From Acidimicrobiales bacterium (GTDB lineage: Bacteria > Actinomycetota > Acidimicrobiia > Acidimicrobiales > SZUA-35), in contig JAHDFH010000003.1 of the NCBI GenBank assembly GCA_020628305.1, positions 22,033 through 86,032 on the forward strand: 64,000 bases of DNA, given 5' to 3'. Below, piece after piece: positions 18,282-26,469 of this stretch. A model generated the notes under the pieces. That model saw nothing but the letters and a program-made list of their open reading frames with translations. It was not told the DNA's origin and did no database searches. The translations under genes and the position numbers were made by a program. The first letter of the stretch is position 1. The number at the start of each line of letters is the position of its first letter.

Positions 18282-19067
18282 GTGACTTACCTCGACAAGA
18301 TCATTGACTTCCACCGCCAGCGAACCCAAGCTGACCGACGCAACATCTACGCCGTCAAAGAAGCCGCCCAGCAAAAACCCATGCCCCCAAGCTTCGCTGG
18401 GTCGATCCAAAAGACATCAGCTGTGTCTGATGTTGCCCTGATAGCCGAAATCAAAAGAGGTTCACCGTCTAAGGGACAATTTGACGTGTCGGGGCTACTC
18501 CCCGTCGAGGGCTGGGCGCAACAGTACGCTGAGGCTGGAGCCAATTGTCTTTCTGTGCTGACAGACTCACAACACTTCTTTGCTGAGCCAGAGGATTTGG
18601 CTTCGGCTGCGAAGACGAAGTTACCTATCTTACGCAAAGACTTTACTGTTTCTCAACTCGACGTTCTTGATGCCAAGATCATGGGCGCATCAGCGGTGCT
18701 TCTGATTGTTGCTGCTTTATCTGATCAGGAGTTAGAAGAGTTCTACGGACTGGCCACCGAGATAGGAATCGACAGCTTGTTTGAAGTCCATTCCGACGAA
18801 GAGTATCGGCGAATCAAGCACTTGGCACCAAAGATCGTTGGCGTCAATCAACGAGATCTGCAGAGCTTTGAAGTAGACATCAATCGCGCTGTGGAGGTGG
18901 CTGTTGCTCTTGAGAGCACCACTATTAAAGTTGCTGAATCAGGAATCGAAAGCCGAAAAGATGTTGAGGTTCTGACCAAAGCAGGCTTTGATGCAATTCT
19001 TGTCGGCACCTCGATCGTCGAGAGCTCAAACATTCAGGAACAAATTCGTTCACTGCTCGGAAGTTAG
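18282..19067 (+). CDS. trpC: indole-3-glycerol phosphate synthase
   Basis: GTG start. It has YLDKI, IAEIKR.SPSKG, LSVLTD..FF, LRKDF, EVH and GVN.RDL motifs. Confidence 0.92.
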   Translation: MTYLDKIIDFHRQRTQADRRNIYAVKEAAQQKPMPPSFAGSIQKTSAVSDVALIAEIKRGSPSKGQFDVSGLLPVEGWAQQYAEAGANCLSVLTDSQHFFAEPEDLASAAKTKLPILRKDFTVSQLDVLDAKIMGASAVLLIVAALSDQELEEFYGLATEIGIDSLFEVHSDEEYRRIKHLAPKIVGVNQRDLQSFEVDINRAVEVAVALESTTIKVAESGIESRKDVEVLTKAGFDAILVGTSIVESSNIQEQIRSLLGS

Positions 19068-19900
19068 ATCAGCTCCTCTATTTCAATTGTGGCCCCCGAT
19101 TCGGCACCTGTTGCCCGGGGTTCGATATGCGAGCGTTTGATCAGCGCTAAGCCAACCGTGACGCCGTCGCCTGATGCTATCGAGGTAACACGGCCAATGC
19201 CTTGGTGATTGCTGGAATAGAGTTCTTCCTTAGAGAAGGTACTGGTACTTCTAACTCTGGTGAGCCGCACGGGAGGAGCCACCGACCTCGAATCCATGCG
19301 AGCTACTAGCTCTTGACCAACGTAGCAACCTTTATTGAAATCAACGGCCCCTTCAACGACTCCAACAGAGGCGGGAATAGTCTCAGCATCAATTTCCAAA
19401 CCATAGGCTGGCACTCCAGCCTCTATGCGCGCCAAATCGTAATTGCCCTGATCTGACAGCTCACTTGGAAAGTCTAGATAGTCCCCTCCGAACCAGGCTG
19501 GCCAAAAACAGTCGACCATTTCCGGCGCTTCAACTTCTTCCCAAGTTGATAGCAAGGCCTTCACCATGTCGTGAGACTTGCTACGTACTGAACCCACTTG
19601 CCGGACACTTAGATTGAAACTGACATTTGACCGCAGCACAAACCTTTTTAAACGCCCCATGAACGCTTCACCTCGCCCAGCTTGCAGGTAGGCCTCAAAC
19701 GATTCTTGACTAGTGCGCTTTAGCCTGAACCATGCCACCATCTTGCCTTGAGGGCTCAAGAGAAGTGATGGCGAAGTTTCGCCCACTGCTAGGCCCGCTA
19801 CGTTCGAGCTCACCTGACCGTGCAAGAAGCTTTCGGCATCAGCCCCTTCTACAGTTACCACCTCTAGTGACCTTAAAGCTACATGAACGTCGTTGTTCAC
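19064..19900 (-). CDS. ygfZ: folate-binding YgfZ/GcvT-like protein
   Basis: It has the signature FNKGCYVGQELVARMDSR of the YgfZ family. It overlaps the trpE stop by 4 nt. Confidence 0.75.
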   Translation of the reverse strand: MNNDVHVALRSLEVVTVEGADAESFLHGQVSSNVAGLAVGETSPSLLLSPQGKMVAWFRLKRTSQESFEAYLQAGRGEAFMGRLKRFVLRSNVSFNLSVRQVGSVRSKSHDMVKALLSTWEEVEAPEMVDCFWPAWFGGDYLDFPSELSDQGNYDLARIEAGVPAYGLEIDAETIPASVGVVEGAVDFNKGCYVGQELVARMDSRSVAPPVRLTRVRSTSTFSKEELYSSNHQGIGRVTSIASGDGVTVGLALIKRSHIEPRATGAESGATIEIEELI

Positions 19901-21399
19901 TTTGACTCGGTTCTTGAAAACATTTGCCGAGCTCCTGTAACGGCTGCCAACAGGACTTTAGCCTTGTTGAAACATTCAGCGTCTTCAGCTTCGGGCTGAG
20001 AATCAGAAACGATCCCAGCGCCAGCTTGGACATAACAACCGCTTTGGTCCCAGAACATTGTTCTTATTGTGATGGCTGTGTCCATGTTGCCTGAAAAGTC
20101 AAAATACCCGACAACACCTGCATAAGGGCCTCGGCTAATTGGTTCTAGTTCAGAGATCAGCTCCATGGCCCTAACCTTAGGGGCACCAGAAACAGTCCCT
20201 GCAGGAAACGTTGCCTTAAACACCTCCACCACGCTTTTGTCCGCACTCAATGTGCCCGACACTTGCGAAGTTAGGTGCATAACGTGGCTGTAGCGCTCCA
20301 GCTCCATGGTCTGATCAACTTCAAGAGATCCGAACTCGCAAACTCTCCCGACATCGTTGCGCGCAAGGTCGACCAACATAACGTGTTCTGCAATTTCTTT
20401 GGGATCAGCTTCGAGGCATTTTGCCAGAGCTTCATCTTCGTCTGGCGTCGCTCCACGAGGCCTGGTGCCGGCAATGGGCCTTGAGGTGACCCGGCCATCA
20501 GCGACTCTCACCAAAGCTTCAGGAGAACAGCCAACCAAGGATAACTCTTCGTTTTGCAAGTAATACATATAGGGGCTGGGGTTGGTTTGCCTTAGAACTC
20601 GGTATACATCAAGCGGCTCGGCCGGATCACTGATTCTGAATCTTTTCGATAGAACTACCTGAAATATGTCACCCTTGGCGATGTATTCTTTAGCCTTTTC
20701 GACAGCTTGACAGTACTGATCTGTGGACGATACTGGCGAATACTCACACACCCCACCGTCTTTAGGGGGGTGTACCAAAGGTTCTGAAATTGGTGTTGCC
20801 CCGTCGGCTGCAAACAAATCCAAGGAGGTACACGCTGAGTCATACAGACTTCGCAATTCCTCCCTACTAGCGCCACTAGGAATATATGCCGCGCTAATAA
20901 GGGTGACTTGCTGCGTCCAGTGATCAAAAACTGCGAGGTCACCTATCAAAGAGACAACCGATGTAGGTGAGACACCTTCACCACTTGCCAACCCAATGTT
21001 TTCAATCTCGTCGATCGTTTCGTACCCCCAGAAACCAACCAGTCCAGAATTCAAAGGAGGGAGGTCGATATTCTTTGGCGCCTTTAGGTTAGAAACAAGA
21101 TGATTTACAGCCGCAAGGATGCCTTGATCAAGCGGAGTATCGCTGACTGGCAATGCACCCTCCACTTCAACGTTTCGGCCACGAGAAACTAAAGTCGCCT
21201 TGGCACGACGGCCCACGAAAGAATAGCGGTTAGCTGTTGCATCATCTTCTACGGACTCAAGCAAAAAGCCACGCTCATTTCGGACGCAGCGAAGAAAGAT
21301 CCCAATTGGAGTTGTCAAATCAGACAAGAGCTTTCGCCAAACAGGCACAACGGTATGGTCTGTGGCCAGGTCAACAAACTCATCAAAGGTAAGGCTCAT
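19897..21399 (-). CDS. trpE: anthranilate synthase component I
   Basis: It has LLESV...........RYSFVG and NPSPYMYYL (Trp-feedback motifs). It has PIAGT (Ala rather than the PabB Lys) and a chorismate-binding C-terminus (GPYAG..GY). Confidence 0.9.
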   Translation of the reverse strand: MSLTFDEFVDLATDHTVVPVWRKLLSDLTTPIGIFLRCVRNERGFLLESVEDDATANRYSFVGRRAKATLVSRGRNVEVEGALPVSDTPLDQGILAAVNHLVSNLKAPKNIDLPPLNSGLVGFWGYETIDEIENIGLASGEGVSPTSVVSLIGDLAVFDHWTQQVTLISAAYIPSGASREELRSLYDSACTSLDLFAADGATPISEPLVHPPKDGGVCEYSPVSSTDQYCQAVEKAKEYIAKGDIFQVVLSKRFRISDPAEPLDVYRVLRQTNPSPYMYYLQNEELSLVGCSPEALVRVADGRVTSRPIAGTRPRGATPDEDEALAKCLEADPKEIAEHVMLVDLARNDVGRVCEFGSLEVDQTMELERYSHVMHLTSQVSGTLSADKSVVEVFKATFPAGTVSGAPKVRAMELISELEPISRGPYAGVVGYFDFSGNMDTAITIRTMFWDQSGCYVQAGAGIVSDSQPEAEDAECFNKAKVLLAAVTGARQMFSRTESK

Positions 21400-21746
21400 A
21401 GATACAGCCCCGTGTGAGAATCATCCAGCCGACTGGCTGCTACAGCGTGAACGTCACGCTCTCTCAGGATTATGTAGTCACGGCCAGAAACCTCGACTTC
21501 ATATCTGTCTTCAGGGTTGAACAGAACGCGATCTCCGAGTTCGATTGACCGAGCATTCGGCCCAAGGGCCACAACCACCGCCCATGTGAGTCGTTTCTCG
21601 ACTTGGGCGGTCGCGGGTATCAGTATCCCGCCTGTTGATTTCCGGTCACCATCGGCCTGTTCGATATCAACCAAAAGCCGATCGTTTAACATCTTTATAG
21701 CCAGTCTATCGCTACTCTGAATATCGCTCGGTTGTGCCATGAACAT
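21396..21746 (-). CDS. GroES/Cpn10-fold protein with C-terminal extension ending GLYL
   Basis: It aligns by eye to GroES: I.ML.DRLLV.....D...STGGILIP..A......W..VVALGP......GDRVLF.......V...G.DYIILRERDV.AV. About 13 extra residues follow (ASRLDDSHTGLYL). Its stop overlaps the trpE ATG (ATGA). Confidence 0.7.
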   Translation of the reverse strand: MFMAQPSDIQSSDRLAIKMLNDRLLVDIEQADGDRKSTGGILIPATAQVEKRLTWAVVVALGPNARSIELGDRVLFNPEDRYEVEVSGRDYIILRERDVHAVAASRLDDSHTGLYL

Positions 21747-21889
21747 GCAACTTTAGCAGCAAAGCTAGGTCTTGAGTACCACAAGTTCTATTGCAGGCGA
21801 ACTGCCGCGATACTAGCTACAGATTCTTAGGAAAATGTCGATTAAACTACGGCGAGGAGTTGTTGGCGTTGCGAGCTGAATCATTCAAA

Positions 21890-22873
21890 TTGGTACCGAG
21901 AAAGAAGATTTTTGGCATGTTCGCTCTTTGCGTTGCCTGCATTGGCCTCACAACCTCTGGCAACGACCCTTCCTACGCCCACACAACCCTTGGTGAAATT
22001 CCGGACCAACTAGCTTCAGGCGAAGCTGCTAACGCAACCCAAGACACCGCCAACAGTAGCTCGAACCCCAACGTTGATTCTTTTGAAACTAAAACCCAAG
22101 AGCAAGCAACGTCTGGCTCACAGGGGGACCCTAACAACAGAGCCACGGACAGCGCTTCGACGAACAACCCCAACGGTCCGAGCGACAGCCAAACTAACGG
22201 AACTTCAACCCTAGGTTCATCCATTGCTTCGCCTAACAACAACTCGGCTGTCCCTTCAACAGCCACGGGCCAAACTGCACAATCAGCAACACAAACTACT
22301 TCAGCACCTTCGCAATCCAATAACCAACCAACCACAACAGTTGCCGTAACGCAACCACCAACAACGCAACCTCCAACTACTCCAGCGCCCGCACCAAGCT
22401 ATTCTGTGACAGCAATGGAGCGCGAAATTCTAAACCTGATTAACGAATTTCGCTCCAGCCCTAACGGTCGACTAAAACGCGTCAAGCCGCTCCCTTCAGA
22501 ATGTTCTAGCACGGCGGGGCTCAGTCCTTTGATTCTCAACAACGCAGCCTCAGTTGAGCTTTCAAGAGACTGGTCACAGAAGATGGCCGCTGCCAACGTA
22601 ATGTCACATCGAGCAAGCTCCGAGCAACGCACGATACTAGAGCGCATAGGAGCTAGCTTTTACACCTGGGGTGAGAATGTCGCCTGGCAGAAGGGATATC
22701 GAACAGCGTCGGGCGGAGACGCTGCTGTAGCGCTTGTATTCTTTGAAGGCTGGCGGGAATCCGATTCTCATTTCTGCAACATGGTCAACCCCCGGTTCAC
22801 CCACACTGGCATTGGACACCACTATGACCCCAACAGTGGGCGAGACTGGGCTACGCAGAACTTTTACGGTTAA
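21890..22873 (+). CDS. secreted CAP/SCP (YkwD-like) domain protein with Ser/Thr/Asn/Pro/Gln-rich linker
   Basis: The signal peptide begins at in-frame TTG 21890 (LVPRKKIFGMFALCVACIGLTTSG); an alternative ATG lies at 21917. A low-complexity linker of about 170 aa includes TQPPTTQPPTT. The C-terminal CAP pattern is MSHR...GENVAW...W..S..H..NM..P.FTH.GIG. Confidence 0.75.
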   Translation: MVPRKKIFGMFALCVACIGLTTSGNDPSYAHTTLGEIPDQLASGEAANATQDTANSSSNPNVDSFETKTQEQATSGSQGDPNNRATDSASTNNPNGPSDSQTNGTSTLGSSIASPNNNSAVPSTATGQTAQSATQTTSAPSQSNNQPTTTVAVTQPPTTQPPTTPAPAPSYSVTAMEREILNLINEFRSSPNGRLKRVKPLPSECSSTAGLSPLILNNAASVELSRDWSQKMAAANVMSHRASSEQRTILERIGASFYTWGENVAWQKGYRTASGGDAAVALVFFEGWRESDSHFCNMVNPRFTHTGIGHHYDPNSGRDWATQNFYG

Positions 22874-22883
22874 CCTTGAGGAC

Positions 22884-23066
22884 ATGAGCCTCAAAACGTC
22901 TGAACTTTCTTCAATCGCCGACCAACTAGATGATCTCGTCAGAAGGATTACAGTCATGTGTCAGCAGGCGCATGACGAAGATGATGACCTTGCAACCGTC
23001 ACCGAGATCGAACGACAGCTCAATCAGGCGAGTCGACGACTAACCAAGTTTGTCAACAAGCTTTAA
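22884..23066 (+). CDS. small helical hypothetical protein (60 aa)
   Basis: ATG lies 10 nt after the CAP gene stop, and GAGGA is only 1 nt upstream. The sequence is strongly helical and charged (SSIADQLDDLVRRI...IERQLNQASRRLTKFVNKL). Stable hairpins follow directly. No homology was recognised. Confidence 0.4.
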   Translation: MSLKTSELSSIADQLDDLVRRITVMCQQAHDEDDDLATVTEIERQLNQASRRLTKFVNKL

Positions 23067-23075
23067 AACGAAAGA

Positions 23076-23143
23076 CGCCGGTGTCTCTAGGAGACACCGG
23101 CGGTGCGAAAAGGGGCGGCGGACCCCCTAACTTTCGCTTTTTT
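23076..23143 (+). terminator. tandem hairpins ending in a T6 tract (probable intrinsic terminator)
   Basis: The first hairpin is a perfect 12-bp stem, CGCCGGTGTCTC/GAGACACCGGCG (23076-23102). The second (23105-23137) has outer stem GCGAAA/TTTCGC plus inner GGGG/CCCC and is followed by TTTTTT (23138-23143). Confidence 0.55.
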
Positions 23144-23219
23144 ACCAGGTGGCGGGAACCTGGTAGTCACTAACTTAATTCATCTCCGACCCTTAATGTG
23201 TGACCTTAGGTTATTTTCT

Positions 23220-23861
23220 CTATGAGACCTTGGCGCTAGGACACAACTCTGCCAAGGAGCACTCCCCACACTTAGGTCGCCTTGCAATGCAGACTCGCCT
23301 GCCGTGAAGAATCATGCGTAGGCTGAACTCGCCCCAGTGGTTCTCGGATAGAAGCTGACACAGATCATCCTCAATGACCACAGGATCTTGCGAATCTGTA
23401 AGATCTAAGAGATTACTTAGGCGCTTTACATGTGTGTCTACCGGCAGACCTGGCAGATCGAGCGCCACCGATCGAACGACGTTTGCCGTTTTGCGCCCTA
23501 CCCCAGCCAGCGAGGTAAGGTCCTCAACGCTATGAGGCACCTCAGAGTTGAACACCTCAACCAAACGCTTAGCGCAATCAATAATCCGCTTGGCTTTCGT
23601 GCGGTACAGTCCGATTGTTGCAATAAGCGGTTCGACCTGTTCAACCGAGGCGAGCGAGAGGGCTTGTGCAGTTGGGTACTCTTTGAACAATCCAGGAGTT
23701 GCCTTATTAACCCCAACATCGGTTGCTTGAGCCGAGAGAATAGTTGCTATCAAAAGCTCAAAAGCATTGCTATGCGTAAGTTCGCATTCGGCGACGGGGT
23801 ACAAAGCGCTCAACTCCTGTTGAATTATCTTGATTCGCTTTTGTCGGTCTTCGGTAGCCAT
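23220..23861 (-). CDS. nth: endonuclease III
   Basis: It has an HhH-GPD fold (LPGVGRKTANVV-like: LAGVGRKTANVV), the catalytic D (VDTHV), and the C-terminal 4Fe-4S cluster C-x6-C-x2-C-x5-C (CIARRPKCGECSLAELC). Confidence 0.92.
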   Translation of the reverse strand: MATEDRQKRIKIIQQELSALYPVAECELTHSNAFELLIATILSAQATDVGVNKATPGLFKEYPTAQALSLASVEQVEPLIATIGLYRTKAKRIIDCAKRLVEVFNSEVPHSVEDLTSLAGVGRKTANVVRSVALDLPGLPVDTHVKRLSNLLDLTDSQDPVVIEDDLCQLLSENHWGEFSLRMILHGRRVCIARRPKCGECSLAELCPSAKVS

Positions 23862-23884
23862 TCAATCAGCAATGATAGCCTGGG

Positions 23885-24697
23885 ATGGTGGAGTCGATAC
23901 TTATCAAAGGACGAGCTACCGATAGCGCCCGGTTGGCCAAGTTCTTCCAAGGCGATGGTTTGGAAAGACATCTGGATGATTTGCCAAAGCCTGAGAATGC
24001 TTGGCTACTGCTTGATGATACTGGGATCTTAGCTTGCCTTTATAAGAACCCGGCAGAAGACTCATTCGCCCTATCCGCTACTGCACTTAGCGATAGACAC
24101 CTAGATTTGTTCAGCCAGTTACCTTGGTTCCACCAAAATGAAATCTGGCTTAAACCCGCAGTTGGTGAAACAGTCCACACCTTTGCGCTCCGTGGATGGC
24201 AAACTCTCCGCACTGTTGTACAGATGCAACTGCAGGAGCCACTGCCCAACAAAGCAGGGCTTTCGTTGGATACTTACGCTGGTGAAGTCCAAGCAGTTAC
24301 TGCTCTCAACAACTTAGCATTTAGCAGTCACCCCCAACAAGGCAACAAAGAAGTTGCCTACTTTGAGCAGATAATCTCAGCCCATGACTTTGCCCCCGAG
24401 GATCTCCTAATTTACAGAGAACAAGGAATCGAAAGAGGTTTCTATTGGTCGAAGCCCACTGCTAGCAATTCTCGAGAAATCTATCTCGTGGCACTGCATC
24501 CGCAACTGCACGGACAAGGGCTTGGACAGAAGCTTATACAAGCCGGACTAACATTTCCAGGCACTGAAGCCGGTAGCTACTTCTTGTATGTGGAGGGGAA
24601 CAACCTCGCTGCGCTCAGAGCCTACGAAACGGCAGGGTTCAGCCGGTCCCACACTCTGCACTTGATTTCACCCCCAGGGGCTACACTTGAACAGTGA
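23885..24697 (+). CDS. GNAT-family N-acetyltransferase (two-lobed, possibly mycothiol synthase-like)
   Basis: It has the acetyl-CoA motif HPQLHGQGLGQKLI and a C-terminal N..A...YE..GF. Its length and two-domain appearance resemble MshD, but this is not established. Confidence 0.55.
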   Translation: MVESILIKGRATDSARLAKFFQGDGLERHLDDLPKPENAWLLLDDTGILACLYKNPAEDSFALSATALSDRHLDLFSQLPWFHQNEIWLKPAVGETVHTFALRGWQTLRTVVQMQLQEPLPNKAGLSLDTYAGEVQAVTALNNLAFSSHPQQGNKEVAYFEQIISAHDFAPEDLLIYREQGIERGFYWSKPTASNSREIYLVALHPQLHGQGLGQKLIQAGLTFPGTEAGSYFLYVEGNNLAALRAYETAGFSRSHTLHLISPPGATLEQ

Positions 24698-25746
24698 CTT
24701 CCCCATGGAATCCAACTAGAGAAGAGTATCGAGAGATACTGACAGAGATGCCCGGTTATCGCCTGGACCAATTGTGGTCAGGGTTGTACAAGGATGGCTT
24801 AGAGCTTCAAGAAATATCAACCCTGCCTAGCGCTATTAGAAAAGAGCTCGGTAGCAAGTTCTTTCCTGGACTCGAAGAGGTTGCTTTACAGCAAAGCGGC
24901 GATGGCCAAACCAAAAAGTGGCTTTGGCGTCTCGCCGACGACGCTCATATTGAAACCGTTCTGATGTACTATCCGAAGCGCTCCACAGTTTGTATCTCAT
25001 CCCAAGCTGGTTGTGCAATGGGTTGTGGCTTCTGTGCTACTGGTCAAGCCGGCTACTCGCGCCATTTGAGCGTGGGGGAAATTCTTGAACAGGTCGCTGC
25101 TGCCACGCGACAGAGTCTGCTAGACGGCCGACGACTCTCAAACGTTGTCTTCATGGGAATGGGAGAACCCATGGCGAATCTGGCTGCTGTCATCGAAGCA
25201 GTGAATCGAATCACTACAGATTTCGGAATCGGCGCGCGCAATATCGTGGTTTCAACCGTTGGGCTCATCCCTCAGATACGTAAATTGGCCGAGCAGGAAC
25301 TTCAAATCGGGTTAGCGGTTTCACTACATGCAGCCAACGACGAACTTCGAAACAAGCTCGTACCTATCAACAAACAGCACCCGATTTCAGAACTCAAACT
25401 GGCTTGTATTGACTATCGTCGAGCAACAGGCAGAAGGGTTTCCATCGAGTGGGCGATGATGGCTGGAGTGAACGACTCATTAAAGGATGCAAACGAACTT
25501 GCCGAGTTTGCGCACTCTACAGCTGCACACGTCAACCTCATCCCACTCAATCCAACCCCTGGCTGGCCGACTGTTGGATCAACCCCTGAAGTTATTAAAC
25601 GATTCTGCGAAGAAGTAGAAAGATCAGGCGTTAATATTACGGTACGAAAGAATCGCGGCAACGACATCGACGCCGCCTGCGGACAGCTCGAAGCAAATAC
25701 CCTGAAGATAAAATCCAAAGATGAACAAGCCGCTACCAAAGCCTGA
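24694..25746 (+). CDS. rlmN: 23S rRNA/tRNA A2503/A37 C2-methyltransferase, radical SAM
   Basis: It has CISSQAGCAMGCGFCATGQ (CxxxCxxC), GMGEP and N.IP.N motifs. It is 350 aa. Confidence 0.92.
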   Translation: MTSPWNPTREEYREILTEMPGYRLDQLWSGLYKDGLELQEISTLPSAIRKELGSKFFPGLEEVALQQSGDGQTKKWLWRLADDAHIETVLMYYPKRSTVCISSQAGCAMGCGFCATGQAGYSRHLSVGEILEQVAAATRQSLLDGRRLSNVVFMGMGEPMANLAAVIEAVNRITTDFGIGARNIVVSTVGLIPQIRKLAEQELQIGLAVSLHAANDELRNKLVPINKQHPISELKLACIDYRRATGRRVSIEWAMMAGVNDSLKDANELAEFAHSTAAHVNLIPLNPTPGWPTVGSTPEVIKRFCEEVERSGVNITVRKNRGNDIDAACGQLEANTLKIKSKDEQAATKA

Positions 25747-26413
25747 AGAAAAGCGTCAGAGCGTTCAGAGGATGTTTGATGGGATCGCAGGCAGATACGA
25801 CCTCGTCAACAGGGTACTCACATTTCGCTTAGACGTTCGATGGCGCAAGCTTACCTTGCAGAAGCTTGCGCTCAAGCCCGGAGATGTCGCTCTTGACCTA
25901 GCCTGTGGGACCGGAGATTTCGCAACCGTACTTGCAGAGCAAGGCGTTAACCCGATTGGTATAGATCTTTCTTATGGCATGCTAACTAACTACCAGACCA
26001 ACCTTGGCAGGGCACAAGGTGATCTTTTGGACCTACCAATCAAGACCGCTAGTGTCGAAGGTTGTGTATGCGGTTTTGCTCTCAGGAACCTAACTGAGAT
26101 TCCTCCTTTCATCGACGAACTGTTTCGAGTAACCAAACCTGGTGGACGGATTGCGCTACTAGAAGTTTCTGAGCCGAAGAACGCTTTGCTGAGAGCTGGA
26201 CATAAACTCTATTTCCAGACAATAGTTCCCAGAATCGGTGCTCTGCTGTCAGACAAAGATGCGTATTCCTATTTACCTGCTTCAGTCGAGTACTTACCTA
26301 GCACCCATGAGTTGCTAGGTATGATCCAAGCCTCCGGCTTTGTTAATGCTGAAAACCAGCAGCTCACAGGCGGAATCTCTCAGCTGTTTAGCGCGACTAA
26401 ACCAGAGGTCTGA
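25721..26413 (+). CDS. ubiE: demethylmenaquinone/ubiquinone methyltransferase (UbiE/MenG family)
   Basis: It has V..MFD.IA.RYDL.N..L.F..D..WR and the SAM motif LDLACGTGD. Confidence 0.88.
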   Translation: MNKPLPKPEEKRQSVQRMFDGIAGRYDLVNRVLTFRLDVRWRKLTLQKLALKPGDVALDLACGTGDFATVLAEQGVNPIGIDLSYGMLTNYQTNLGRAQGDLLDLPIKTASVEGCVCGFALRNLTEIPPFIDELFRVTKPGGRIALLEVSEPKNALLRAGHKLYFQTIVPRIGALLSDKDAYSYLPASVEYLPSTHELLGMIQASGFVNAENQQLTGGISQLFSATKPEV

Positions 26414-26469
26414 ACGACCTATAGAGGGTGAGTTAGATTAACCTCCTGAGGGGTGTCAAGTGCGCCCTC

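Noticed and set aside
21747-21889. Possible c-di-AMP (ydaO-type) riboswitch upstream of the secreted CAP-domain gene, by analogy with actinobacterial cell-wall hydrolase leaders.
   Set aside because: Only weak fragments are present (ACGGCGAGGAG, GCTGAATC). The conserved G-rich cores and pseudo-symmetric helices are missing. The leader is short and AT-rich.
22734-22883. The upstream 50 codons of the 110-aa ORF, which overlap the 3' end of the CAP gene.
   Set aside because: This part overlaps the conserved CAP domain in another frame. Only the part after ATG 22884 is non-overlapping and looks protein-like.
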